Virus record (IMG/VR): IMGVR_UViG_2974624810_000001
Coordinates: 67,977 to 131,976 of that record
Direction: 5' to 3' (one strand)
Origin: a virus
Taxonomy: Duplodnaviria; Caudoviricetes
Length of the DNA stretch: 64,000 nt
Below the pieces are notes generated by a model that saw only the letters and a list, made by a program, of their open reading frames with translations, ran no database searches and was not told the origin of the DNA. Below, piece by piece: positions 1 through 9,005 of this stretch. Position numbers and translations under genes: made by a program. The stretch's first letter is position 1, and each line of letters starts with the position of its first letter.

Positions 1-149
1 ATGAAGTCGTTGAGATGGAGCGAAAGCATGAGATATTGATTGGCATTCTCCGTGAGGTGACCTCCGAATGTTCTCACTGTAAGGTTGAGGTAGCACGCAG
101 GCTCTCAAGAGTAACAGATAAGACTGAAACGATTGTCGTTCCAAATTGA
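1..149 (+). CDS. 3' end of upstream gene (possibly terminase small subunit)
   Basis: Open frame ...EVVEMERKHEILIGILREVTSECSHCKVEVARRLSRV...PN* directly before terminase large subunit. Confidence 0.45.
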   Translation, partial: EVVEMERKHEILIGILREVTSECSHCKVEVARRLSRVTDKTETIVVPN

Positions 150-194
150 TTAAATCCCTTCATGATATACTTTTATCAATGAAGGGATTTAGTT

Positions 195-2015
195 TTGTCA
201 GTTGATTTTGCCGAATTCTTCAATGCGTTGTCAGACGATGACTTTGAAGAAATCCCGGTAGATATTGAGGTCTTCGTGCAGAGCGAAGACTATCTAGGCA
301 TGCCTCATTTGTCTGAGTATCAATACCAGCTTATTAGAGCATCAAGCCAGATTTACAAGCACAGTACTCTGCATAATCTATATGATGCTGAGAAGGCTGA
401 GCGCAGATGGAAAGAAACATGTAACGAGGTCATTGCCTGTTTGGGTAAGGGTAGCGGTAAGGACTTCACGTCCACCATCGCCTGTGCCTACATTGTTTAT
501 TTGCTTCTGTGTCTCAGGAATCCAGCGAAGTATTTTGGTAAGCCTGTAGGTGACAGCATTGACATTCTGAACATTGCTATCAACGCAGCGCAGGCCAACA
601 ACGTCTTCTTCAAGGGTTTCAAGAGCCGAATCGAAGGCTCCCCATGGTTTGTAGGAAAGTTCACGACGAAGGCTGGCCATATCGCTTTCGACAAAAACAT
701 TAACGTCTACTCAGGCCACTCAGAGCGAGAGGCTTGGGAGGGTTATAATCTCATCTATTGCGTTCTTGACGAGATTTCCGGTTTTGCGCTAGACTCCACA
801 TCTGGTAACGAACAGGCCAAGACCGCTGATGCTGTCTATAAGATGTATAGAGCATCTGTTGACTCTCGATTCCCTAACGAAGGAAAGGTAGTTCTGCTAT
901 CATTCCCTCGATTCAAGAATGACTTTATCTCTCAGAGATATGACGCGGTAGTTGCAGAAAAGGAAATCGTAGAACGTAATCACACCTTTAAGCTAGACCC
1001 TGACCTTCCAGATGAAATTGAGGAAAACAAGTTCTCAATCCGCTGGGAAGAGGACCACATTATTTCTTACAATGTGCCTCGTGTCTATGCCTTGAAGCGT
1101 CCTACGTGGGAAGTCAATCCAACTCGTAAGATTGAAGACTTCACTACGGCGTTCTTTACTGACCCAATTGATGCATTGTCTCGATTTGCCTGTATGCCAC
1201 CTGACGCTATTGACGCGTTCTTCAAGGACAGGGAGAAGGTTGAAGCAGTCTTTGTCAGACCTAACGGTGTTGATGAAGATGGTGCATATCGTGCAGACTT
1301 TACACCGAAGGAAGGCGTGCGCTACTATGTACACGTAGACCTTGCGCAGAAGCACGACCACTGTGCTGTAGCACTTGCGCATGTTGAAAAGTTTGTACAG
1401 AAAAAGATTGGTGGTCAGCTTAATGAGGTGCTTCCTTATGTAGTCGTTGATGCTGTCCGATGGTGGACACCAAAGCCCGGCAAGGATATTGACTTTGCCG
1501 ATGTACGAGAGTACATTACAGGATTGAAGCGCAGAGGTTTTGACCTTAAGCTAGTAACCTTTGACCGATGGAACTCCAATGACCAAATCAAGTACCTTCG
1601 AGGTGCTGGAATCAGTTCGGAAGTTCTGTCTGTAGCAAAGAAACACTACGAAGACTTGAGCTGGGTAATCTATGACCAAAGAATAATAGGTCCAGACATC
1701 CCATTGCTCAGGAAGGAATTGCTTCAGTTGCGTATCATGCCAAATGACAAAATTGACCACCCTAGAACGGGGTCAAAGGACTTGGCAGACGCAACGTGTG
1801 GAGCAGTTCACAATGCAATCACATATACACCACGTGATGATTTTGGTACCATTGAGGTACAGACGTACGAGTCTATCCGACGTGCAGAGATTGAAGCGCG
1901 GCAAGAGGAGCTTGACAGTGTACGAGAACGTGATAATGTGATTGAAGCGCCAAGGGAGAAGCGTGTGATGCCAGATGAGCTTCACGAATATCTCACCAAG
2001 CTAGAAATCATATGA
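195..2015 (+). CDS. terL: Terminase large subunit
   Basis: Walker A GKGSGKD, Walker B YCVLDEISG, C-terminal RNase H-like nuclease (HVDLA...FDRW...KDLADA). Confidence 0.9.
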   Translation: MSVDFAEFFNALSDDDFEEIPVDIEVFVQSEDYLGMPHLSEYQYQLIRASSQIYKHSTLHNLYDAEKAERRWKETCNEVIACLGKGSGKDFTSTIACAYIVYLLLCLRNPAKYFGKPVGDSIDILNIAINAAQANNVFFKGFKSRIEGSPWFVGKFTTKAGHIAFDKNINVYSGHSEREAWEGYNLIYCVLDEISGFALDSTSGNEQAKTADAVYKMYRASVDSRFPNEGKVVLLSFPRFKNDFISQRYDAVVAEKEIVERNHTFKLDPDLPDEIEENKFSIRWEEDHIISYNVPRVYALKRPTWEVNPTRKIEDFTTAFFTDPIDALSRFACMPPDAIDAFFKDREKVEAVFVRPNGVDEDGAYRADFTPKEGVRYYVHVDLAQKHDHCAVALAHVEKFVQKKIGGQLNEVLPYVVVDAVRWWTPKPGKDIDFADVREYITGLKRRGFDLKLVTFDRWNSNDQIKYLRGAGISSEVLSVAKKHYEDLSWVIYDQRIIGPDIPLLRKELLQLRIMPNDKIDHPRTGSKDLADATCGAVHNAITYTPRDDFGTIEVQTYESIRRAEIEARQEELDSVRERDNVIEAPREKRVMPDELHEYLTKLEII

Positions 2016-2028
2016 CCGGAGGTATGCC

Positions 2029-2565
2029 ATGCCTGATTTACAGCGTAAGCCGAAGGGAATCTCACGAGCTGAGATTTCTCAGATATTGGCTGACCGCGAC
2101 GGCTACATATGTCAATTCCCAGGCTGTGACCTTCCATTCACGAAGGATAACGGACCTACCATCGACCACTGGATTCCTTTGAGCGGTGGAGGTACATGGG
2201 ACATGGCTAACTTGAAGCTGATGCACCGAAAGTGTAACTCTGCCAAGGGCAATCACATGCCACTTGACGACAGTACACTTCCTGTGATACCAAAGAAGGA
2301 GCGAGTCAGCCGCGCACTCAAGCGCAGCGAACGACCGGAAGTCTGTGAGAGATGTCAGTCTGGTAGACTTCTCGGCCCAGAGGAAGAGTGTGACCAATGT
2401 GGTAGCGGTCCAATGCCGCCACGTTACCCTCAGTGGGCTAAGATGAAGCCAAACGACTGTACTCACGAAGGCATCTGGTGGTGTTGGTGCTGCATGAGTG
2501 GTGTGGTTGACAGAGTGCCAGCCAGTAAGATAGTGTTTGATGGAGGAGAGCCGGGGATAGACTAG
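2029..2565 (+). CDS. HNH endonuclease with Zn-finger C-terminus
   Basis: RDGYICQ..C...TIDHWIPLSGGG...NL..H..CN..K motif. Confidence 0.85.
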   Translation: MPDLQRKPKGISRAEISQILADRDGYICQFPGCDLPFTKDNGPTIDHWIPLSGGGTWDMANLKLMHRKCNSAKGNHMPLDDSTLPVIPKKERVSRALKRSERPEVCERCQSGRLLGPEEECDQCGSGPMPPRYPQWAKMKPNDCTHEGIWWCWCCMSGVVDRVPASKIVFDGGEPGID

Positions 2566-2590
2566 TCCCCGGCACGATAAAGGAGTCAGA

Positions 2591-2842
2591 ATGCGTTACG
2601 AGGGCATTATTGAAGAGTATGAAAACCTTCGTGAAAAGTGTTACAGAGCCATCAAGCGTGGCGACAGAAAGTTGCTCGGTAGTGATTATTGGCTTCGGGC
2701 AGCGATTCAGGAAACTGATATACAGATGATTGTTCACGCCAACGGTATCGAGTGCTATGGCTCTTGTTATACCATGCAGACGATGGATACTGAACACTTC
2801 AGCATTCTGATTCCTCTCTCAGAATTGGAGAGTAATGACTGA
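2591..2842 (+). CDS. hypothetical protein
   Basis: RBS aaggag, operonic. Confidence 0.6.
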   Translation: MRYEGIIEEYENLREKCYRAIKRGDRKLLGSDYWLRAAIQETDIQMIVHANGIECYGSCYTMQTMDTEHFSILIPLSELESND

Positions 2843-3440
2843 CGTAGATATTGTCCTTATCGTTGACCGCTCTGGTAGCATGATGCGAATTAAGGAAGAG
2901 GCAGAAGGAGCCCTCAACACGTTCCTTGACGAACAGCTAAGTGTTGAAGGTGATGTTTTTGTCACCTACGTGCAGTTTGATGACAGGTATGAGACCAAGT
3001 TTGAGAAGGTTGGTCTTGCCAATGCGGTTGGTACAGTAAGTATCGAGCCTCGTGGCATGACCGCCCTTCTTGACGCAATCGGTAAGACCGTAGTAAACTA
3101 TGTACCACAGACCGAGAAGACAATCTATGTCGTCATGACAGATGGCCTGGAGAATGCTTCACAGGAGTGGACCGTAGAGACGGTCAATCAGCTCATCACT
3201 GAATCAAAGCAGCACGGTGACGAATTCGTTTATCTTGGTGCCAATCAAGACGCCATCGCAGTAGGCTCTAAGCTAGGAATCCCTGTGGCTTCCAGCCTGA
3301 CCTTTGCTGCGGACAAGGCAGGACTTGACGCGGTGTCAAGGAGTATGACAAGCTATGTAACAGCTACTCGTTCAGGTCTTGCCTACGAGTTCACTGACGA
3401 AGACCGTAAGAACGCAACGGGCTTGACAGACAGCGAGTGA
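2835..3440 (+). CDS. von Willebrand factor A domain protein
   Basis: MIDAS DRSGSM, T(ALLDAIG), TDG, LGANQDA. Confidence 0.85.
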   Translation: MTDVDIVLIVDRSGSMMRIKEEAEGALNTFLDEQLSVEGDVFVTYVQFDDRYETKFEKVGLANAVGTVSIEPRGMTALLDAIGKTVVNYVPQTEKTIYVVMTDGLENASQEWTVETVNQLITESKQHGDEFVYLGANQDAIAVGSKLGIPVASSLTFAADKAGLDAVSRSMTSYVTATRSGLAYEFTDEDRKNATGLTDSE

Positions 3441-3451
3441 GCTGCTAAAGT
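3423..3451 (+). promoter_or_regulatory. sigma70/HrdB-type promoter driving Y-like RNA 1 and tRNA cluster
   Basis: TTGACA-N17-TAAAGT; predicted start about 3458 coincides with the RNA 5' end. Confidence 0.7.
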
Positions 3452-3457
3452 AGTAAA

Positions 3458-3544
3458 TGTGGGTCGAAAGAGAGTTGGTTATCTTTCAAACAATGGTGAA
3501 TACGCTCCGATAGGGGCTCTCCGATTCTCGCCCTTATATCCACA
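3458..3544 (+). ncRNA. Y RNA-like RNA 1 (Ro60-binding; no T-arm)
   Basis: Terminal stem tgtgggt/atccaca, GTCGAAAG motif, second stem gagagttgg/ccgattctc, conserved GGTTATCT. Confidence 0.75.
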
Positions 3545-3548
3545 CAAT

Positions 3549-3619
3549 GCATCGGTGGTGTAGTGGTAACACGCTGTCCTTCCAAGTCAGAATTGCGGGT
3601 TCGATTCCCGCTCGGTGCT
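3549..3619 (+). tRNA. tRNA-Gly(TCC)
   Basis: Cloverleaf, loop cttccaa. Confidence 0.9.
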
Positions 3620-3753
3620 CCGAAGACCTGGATTCGCCTCTGCTGACTTTTGTCAGCACGCTACCAGCAAAATATAGTCCGGACTATATTTTGGCCTCTG
3701 GCCCGGAGGTGTTAAGAGAGTGACAGGCTCTTTAACTGTCAGGGCAACACCAT

Positions 3754-3825
3754 TCCCCTTTGGTGTAACCGGCAACACAACAGACTCTGAATCTGTAGTT
3801 CCTAGTTCGAATCTAGGTTGGGGAG
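3754..3825 (+). tRNA. tRNA-Gln(CTG)
   Basis: acaga-ctctgaa-tctgt. Confidence 0.85.
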
Positions 3826-4032
3826 CTGGTCCGACTTTACGATATCGGCGGAAATAACGGAATCGGAACTCACATAATAACCATGGTAAAAGTGAGGAAT
3901 GAGGAAGGGAAATAAGCGGGAAGCGATGGGTAAAACCTCCTCGGACCGACAACTTGAAGGTGGGCTGGTTGCATACTAGTTAGCGTAATCGAACCTCCAG
4001 CATTAACGTTGGCGTACTAACACCTTCAACAT

Positions 4033-4103
4033 ATGTCCTAAGTGTTACGGAAGCACGGAAGGCTCCAACCCTTCAGGCGTGGGTTCGACTCCTACAGGAC
4101 ATG
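4033..4103 (+). tRNA. tRNA-Trp(CCA)
   Basis: gaagg-ctccaac-ccttc. Confidence 0.9.
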
Positions 4104-4168
4104 CAATTAATATAAAATAGCCCCGGCCTAAATTAAAAGGCCGGGGCTGAAAACTTTAAGGAGGGAAA

Positions 4169-4678
4169 GTGGGATATTACACAGACTTCAGACTGAGTGT
4201 TGAAGGCTCTGGCCCGGTGTATGATAAGCTCATGGCTGAGAAGGACAACGTAACCATCTCTCGTGGAGACTACGATTGGAACTTCGGCCGGTGGGTAAGC
4301 GAGAACTACACCGAAAACGCAAAGTGGTACGACTGGGAAGACGACATGAAGTCATTCTCTCGTGAATGGCCAAACGTGCTGTTCATCCTTGAGGGAAGTG
4401 GCGAGGAGCCAGGTGACATGTGGAAGGCATGGTTCAGAAATGGTGCCATGCGCAAGATTGAAGCCAAGATTGTCTTCGAGACCATTGACCCTGAGCTTGA
4501 CAAGTACCTCCCATACGACTACGATTTGGAGAAGAGGTTGGCCAAGAAGTACGTGGATGACCTCAAGGCGCGCAAGCAGGCCCTTGAAGCGGAGCTACTA
4601 AGGCTTCAGTCCACGCTTGACAGCCACACAGCAGATGATGTAAGCTTCAATAAGACGGTCAGCAAGGACAACCGCTGA
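4169..4678 (+). CDS. hypothetical phage protein
   Basis: Strong RBS aaggaggg, GTG start, 169 aa. Confidence 0.7.
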   Translation: MGYYTDFRLSVEGSGPVYDKLMAEKDNVTISRGDYDWNFGRWVSENYTENAKWYDWEDDMKSFSREWPNVLFILEGSGEEPGDMWKAWFRNGAMRKIEAKIVFETIDPELDKYLPYDYDLEKRLAKKYVDDLKARKQALEAELLRLQSTLDSHTADDVSFNKTVSKDNR

Positions 4679-4746
4679 ACACGAGGTTGACACCAACTAG
4701 AGCATCTGCTAAGATTAAGTACAACGCAGCAAGCGATTGCTGCTAT

Positions 4747-4818
4747 CAGGCACGGGGAAGATGGTAATCCGTTGGCTTTGGAAGCCTAAGAAACTCGGTT
4801 CGATTCCGAGGTGCCTGA
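4747..4818 (+). tRNA. tRNA-Pro(TGG)
   Basis: caggcac/gtgcctg acceptor, loop tttggaa. Confidence 0.85.
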
Positions 4819-4953
4819 CCGAATGCAGTTCCTAGGGACTGCACGTCCTGCGAGGGTGAGTGAGGGAGCGCCTGAATCTTGCGAGGTTCGGGACCGAGTT
4901 CGAGGCTCGGCACACTGCGTACTGGGGCTGATACGATAACTCAGCAAATACTT

Positions 4954-5028
4954 CGGGATATAGCTCAGCTTGGTCAGAGCGCTGCATTTGGGATGCAGAA
5001 GTCGCTGGTTCGAATCCAGTTATCCCGA
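4954..5028 (+). tRNA. tRNA-Pro(TGG)
   Basis: ctgca-tttggga-tgcag. Confidence 0.9.
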
Positions 5029-5031
5029 CAA

Positions 5032-5181
5032 TTTGGGTCGAAAGAGATACGGTTATCTTACAATGGATAATAGGTTCGATTCCTATCGGTGCTGTAACAT
5101 GCGCTGTGTAAGGTCATCCGAGATGTGCGTGGTAGGATGGCATTGGGACTACGCTCTCTCCGTTCTCATCACTTACCTAAA
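5032..5181 (+). ncRNA. Y RNA-like RNA 2 (YrlA-like, with T-arm)
   Basis: tttgggt/acctaaa terminal stem, GTCGAAAG, gagatacgg/ccgttctc, internal T-arm taggTTCGATTccta followed by hairpin. Confidence 0.75.
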
Positions 5182-5190
5182 GGACTTATT

Positions 5191-5712
5191 ATGACGGTAC
5201 TTCTTAGGACAATCCATGGAAGTCACTTGTACGGACTCGCTCATAAGGGTTCAGATAAGGACATCTATGAAGTAATCGCTACGAAGCGCACCGCTCGTAA
5301 GCGAAACATTAAGCAAACCATCGTGAATGGAGTTGACAAAACGGTTGTAGACCTGTCAACATTCATGCATATGGTTGACGAATGCGTACCTCAAGCACTT
5401 GAAGCACTATGGACGCCGGTAGCTGAAGTTGATAGACTTCACGAATTCCGGACACAATATCGAGTGAATCGTGCCAAGATGAAGGAAGTATACATTCGAA
5501 CTGCTCTGAACTTTGCCAAACACGATGACGTAAAGCGTAAGCGACATGCAATTCGCTTGCTTCTGAATCTTGGTGCAGCATTGGAATACGGGAAGTTCAA
5601 TCCCCGACTGTCCAATATGGATAAGTTCATTCTCCGCTCATCACTCGGAGAATCTGGAGCATATGAGGACGTCTTCCTTGGCGTTCTTGATGAAGTACAA
5701 AAGTGGGTCTGA
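5191..5712 (+). CDS. pol-beta superfamily nucleotidyltransferase (RlaP-like)
   Basis: HGSHLYGL...SDKD motif; ATG 5191 after aagga. Confidence 0.75.
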   Translation: MTVLLRTIHGSHLYGLAHKGSDKDIYEVIATKRTARKRNIKQTIVNGVDKTVVDLSTFMHMVDECVPQALEALWTPVAEVDRLHEFRTQYRVNRAKMKEVYIRTALNFAKHDDVKRKRHAIRLLLNLGAALEYGKFNPRLSNMDKFILRSSLGESGAYEDVFLGVLDEVQKWV

Positions 5713-5726
5713 AAGGCTCACGCCAC

Positions 5727-5803
5727 TGGGGCGTATACCCTCTGTCTGATAAACAGTTGAAAGGTTAAGTGGTCACATGTGGGTTCAACTCCCACCGTCC
5801 CAA
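5727..5803 (+). tRNA. Rewired tRNA-Ile(GAT)-like (D-loop 3' of anticodon arm)
   Basis: tggggcg/cgtccca acceptor, ctgt-ctgataa-acag, T arm gtgggTTCAACTcccac; no D-arm at the normal position. Confidence 0.65.
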
Positions 5804-5843
5804 CTGGTCTCAATGGTGAGACACTGACAACACAACTAATACT

Positions 5844-7661
5844 ATGGTAGATTTCGACAAGAGACATTCCAAGGAACTTGTGAAACGCCCTGACACAGAC
5901 CTGGAGATTTCCAGGTCTTTTCGGTCTTCCGGTCAGGGTGTATTTTCGCATGTCCGGAAGGGTGTCAAAATAACGAGTAAGGCCATTCTGGATTGGGTCT
6001 ATCTGAATGACTATAAGGAAGAGATTGCCAAGGCTAGAAGTGATGGCAATCTGGAAAAGGCCCGGAAGCTGAAGATAGAGCAGGAAAAGCGTAGTGAACC
6101 AAGACGTAAAAGGTTCTACTCCATCCTTGCTGTAGTTATTGCAATAATGGGATGGGCTTACGTCACCTGGAAGATAGTTCCATTGATTGTCATTGGTGTC
6201 GCCGTCCTTGTTGCCATGTGGTTCGTAGGCAGTGGCATGAAGCCTCAGAATCTGGCCTCTGTCATTGCTGGAAAAGGTGATGAAGTCGATGACCCTATGG
6301 AGCCTTTTCCAATTGCCGACGCTCGAAACAGAGACGAGGCTCAGGAGTGCTTGAGACGAGCACTGCTTGCTGAGGGAATCACTCCCAGAGTTATCTTGGA
6401 GCCAGTTCGTTACAATTGGGGTTGGGAAATCCCGGTAGTTCTGAGAAAGGGTACTCCTGATGATGTAATGGCTAAGGCTAAGAAGATGGAGACACTACTA
6501 AGACTTCCTAGTGATGGAATGCTAGTAGCTGCTACTCGATTCCGGGCCGAAGTTGTCATCAGACTTATGCAGACTGACCCATTTGCTGATATGCCTCCAG
6601 ACCAAAGAGCAGAGCCTTTGTCTCGTTCTATTAAGAACAAGTACAAGATTGCTCAGCGAATGGATGGTCAGCACATTGAAATCTCCTTGCTTAGAAATCA
6701 CGCAGTTGTTATTGCTGCTCCTGGTGGCGGTAAGTCAATGTTCATGCGTAAGCTGGCAGACATCACCACTAGCTGTAGAGACTGTGTAACCTGGGACATT
6801 GACCCTGGCGGCAATGGACTCGAAGTTTTCGGAGGAGCTATCGCAAGGCGCGGTAGGACCGAAGAGGAAATTGAAGAAATGCTAACCGAGGCTTTGGAAT
6901 ACACGAAGATTCGTGCAAAGAAGCTGACGAAGCTGGGAATGGGTGACAACTGGCAGCCAAGCAAGGACCATCCTGCCCTCATTATCTTCATTGATGAGTT
7001 CATTCAGCTAAACAAGAAGTGCAAGGATTTGGCCATTCAGATTATTCGCAATGGTCGTAAGGCTGCTATTACCGTTGTTTTGGCTGCACAGCAGGCTACA
7101 AAGGACACTCTTGGCGCTGCTATTGCAGATGCAGTGTCTATCAAGGTAATGTTTGCTTCTCGTCATGCTGACGTACCTCTCGTGTTCGGTGAGGGCATGT
7201 TGTCACAGGGCTGGAGACCTGATAGACTGCATCCAGCTTCAGGTGAAGACGTGGAAGACGCTGGTAAGTGCTACATTTTGGGCGGTGGCTCAAGAGAGCC
7301 TTACCTGTACAAGGTCTATCCAATAGAACCAGATGAAGCCATTGAGATGGGTGATGAGCGTGAAGCAGAGGGCATGCCCGAACTTGACACAGACACCTAC
7401 CTTGATGTTACAGTGACAGACACAACAGACAAGCTCATGTTCGAACACGTGCTTGACATCTTTGAGAACTTTGACGAGCATGACTGGCTACCAGCCAGCA
7501 TCTTGGTCAAGGAACTCAAGGGTTATGGCCACACCTTGACAGCTCGTCAGTTGCATGAGATTCTGGGAGACACCGGCAGAGAAAGCCGTATTTGGGATGG
7601 TTCCAAGTACAAGGTTGCTGGTTACTTCCGTAGAAACATCGAGAAGCAATTGGAGAAGTAG
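5844..7661 (+). CDS. FtsK/SpoIIIE (TraB-like) membrane DNA translocase
   Basis: Two N-terminal TM helices, Walker A APGGGKS, Walker B IIFIDE, GRKAA..LAAQ. Confidence 0.8.
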   Translation: MVDFDKRHSKELVKRPDTDLEISRSFRSSGQGVFSHVRKGVKITSKAILDWVYLNDYKEEIAKARSDGNLEKARKLKIEQEKRSEPRRKRFYSILAVVIAIMGWAYVTWKIVPLIVIGVAVLVAMWFVGSGMKPQNLASVIAGKGDEVDDPMEPFPIADARNRDEAQECLRRALLAEGITPRVILEPVRYNWGWEIPVVLRKGTPDDVMAKAKKMETLLRLPSDGMLVAATRFRAEVVIRLMQTDPFADMPPDQRAEPLSRSIKNKYKIAQRMDGQHIEISLLRNHAVVIAAPGGGKSMFMRKLADITTSCRDCVTWDIDPGGNGLEVFGGAIARRGRTEEEIEEMLTEALEYTKIRAKKLTKLGMGDNWQPSKDHPALIIFIDEFIQLNKKCKDLAIQIIRNGRKAAITVVLAAQQATKDTLGAAIADAVSIKVMFASRHADVPLVFGEGMLSQGWRPDRLHPASGEDVEDAGKCYILGGGSREPYLYKVYPIEPDEAIEMGDEREAEGMPELDTDTYLDVTVTDTTDKLMFEHVLDIFENFDEHDWLPASILVKELKGYGHTLTARQLHEILGDTGRESRIWDGSKYKVAGYFRRNIEKQLEK

Positions 7662-7662
7662 A

Positions 7663-7878
7663 ATGTGGACAGCAGGAGTCATCCTGTATATCGCAGTCTG
7701 CGCCTACCTTTGTAAGAAGAAGGGTTGGCAGATTCATTACATTGCCTGGGGTATGGTGGGTGGTCTCATTCTTGCGACCATCGTTCCTTCCCTTCCGGCG
7801 CAGACGAAGACAACAATGGAGAATGCTGCTCAGGCAGTCGTTTCAATCTTCGAAAGTTCAGGCATCGGGCAGGGTTGA
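7663..7878 (+). CDS. small membrane protein
   Basis: Two hydrophobic helices, coupled to FtsK gene. Confidence 0.6.
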   Translation: MWTAGVILYIAVCAYLCKKKGWQIHYIAWGMVGGLILATIVPSLPAQTKTTMENAAQAVVSIFESSGIGQG

Positions 7879-7936
7879 CAGCAGCTTTGCCCAGATGTAA
7901 GATGTACTTAAACCTAGTCCTTGTGGGACTAGAGGA

Positions 7937-8009
7937 GCGCCTGTAGCATAACGGTCGATGCATCTGTCTTATAAGCAGACGATAGGGGGTTCAATTCCCT
8001 CCAGGCGTA
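7937..8009 (+). tRNA. tRNA-Ile(TAT)
   Basis: tctgt-cttataa-gcaga. Confidence 0.85.
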
Positions 8010-8037
8010 CTTTGTAACTACTAGAGCAGGGGGAATA

Positions 8038-8199
8038 ATGGCACTCTCTTTGTCTGATGGCACTCGTGTAGAAATTACTCGTGGTGACCACAAGGGAAAG
8101 AAGGGCACTGTTCGCATGCAGGGCAAGAACAAGGTTGTCATTCTTGACAACGCTGTTGTGCTCATGGGTGTGAGTGATTCAAACACCAAGAGGTTGTAA
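8038..8199 (+). CDS. small KOW/SH3-like protein
   Basis: GTRVEITRGDHKGKKGTV. Confidence 0.55.
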   Translation: MALSLSDGTRVEITRGDHKGKKGTVRMQGKNKVVILDNAVVLMGVSDSNTKRL

Positions 8200-8381
8200 T
8201 GAAATGCAAGAAATGCGGGGAAACTAAGAAGGAAGTGCGCATTGCTCCCATCGTAGGCGACCCGCTATGTCAGAAGTGCTGGAACGACGTGCAAACTGAT
8301 ATGCGTCGAAAAGGTGCTACTGGCAAAATAGATTACGAAGAGTACGTCCGTGTACAATATCCAAGATGGCTGAGGAGCTAA
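8199..8381 (+). CDS. small Zn-finger protein
   Basis: CKKC...CQKC. Confidence 0.55.
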   Translation: MKCKKCGETKKEVRIAPIVGDPLCQKCWNDVQTDMRRKGATGKIDYEEYVRVQYPRWLRS

Positions 8382-8382
8382 A

Positions 8383-8562
8383 ATGGAAAACAAGGACAAG
8401 CTTGAGTTCGGCACCAAGGTCACCATTTTCGGTGAGCACGCAACCGTATGGGACCTCTGCGAAAATAACACAAGCGTAATCAAGGTTCTCATGAAGAATG
8501 GCCGATTCGCTGGTGATGTTCTCATTGCTGTTCTCGGCAAGGTAAAGCTGGGTTGGCGATAA
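8383..8562 (+). CDS. hypothetical protein
   Basis: RBS gaggag, 59 aa. Confidence 0.5.
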   Translation: MENKDKLEFGTKVTIFGEHATVWDLCENNTSVIKVLMKNGRFAGDVLIAVLGKVKLGWR

Positions 8563-8576
8563 TTCGTCAGCTCATT

Positions 8577-8661
8577 GGAAAGTAAGCGATTGGCTAGCAG
8601 GCATCTTGGAACGGTGCTAAGGGTGTTACAGCCCGGCTGGGTTCGATTCCCAGGCTTTCCG
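8577..8661 (+). tRNA. tRNA-Ser(GGA)
   Basis: gcatc-ttggaac-ggtgc, long variable arm. Confidence 0.85.
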
Positions 8662-8674
8662 CAGGAGGTGTGAT

Positions 8675-8893
8675 ATGATTATCTGTGGGGACACAGTTAA
8701 AGTTAAGCACGGCCGTCCCAACGTGGACCCTGATTACTACGGCAAGCGTGGTAGGGTTCATAAGCGTACTCGAATGCTCGGTGTTCTAGGAGCAGGACAG
8801 TATGAAATTATGTTCTTCGACAGGTCTCTCAATCATCCAATCATGGGTGTTATGGGTGGCTTCAATGAAGAAGACCTGGAAGTTGAACGATGA
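8675..8893 (+). CDS. small KOW/SH3-like protein
   Basis: GDTVKV...YGKRGRV; RBS ggaggtg. Confidence 0.55.
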   Translation: MIICGDTVKVKHGRPNVDPDYYGKRGRVHKRTRMLGVLGAGQYEIMFFDRSLNHPIMGVMGGFNEEDLEVER

Positions 8894-8902
8894 CTTCCTT
8901 AT

Positions 8903-8988
8903 GGAAATGTTAACGTTGGCAGCGTGGAAGGCTCTTGAAAAGCCTACGCCGGTGAAACGGCGCGTCGGTTCGAATCCGACCATTTCCG
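8903..8988 (+). tRNA. tRNA-Ser(TGA)
   Basis: aggct-cttgaaa-agcct, long variable arm. Confidence 0.85.
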
Positions 8989-9005
8989 CTTAAAGAAGGA
9001 GAGTA

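Noticed and set aside
3825-3834. GCTGGTCCGA resembling the metazoan Y RNA 5' end
   Set aside because: Overlaps the tRNA-Gln end and pairs fully with TCGGACC without the bulged C; probably coincidental.
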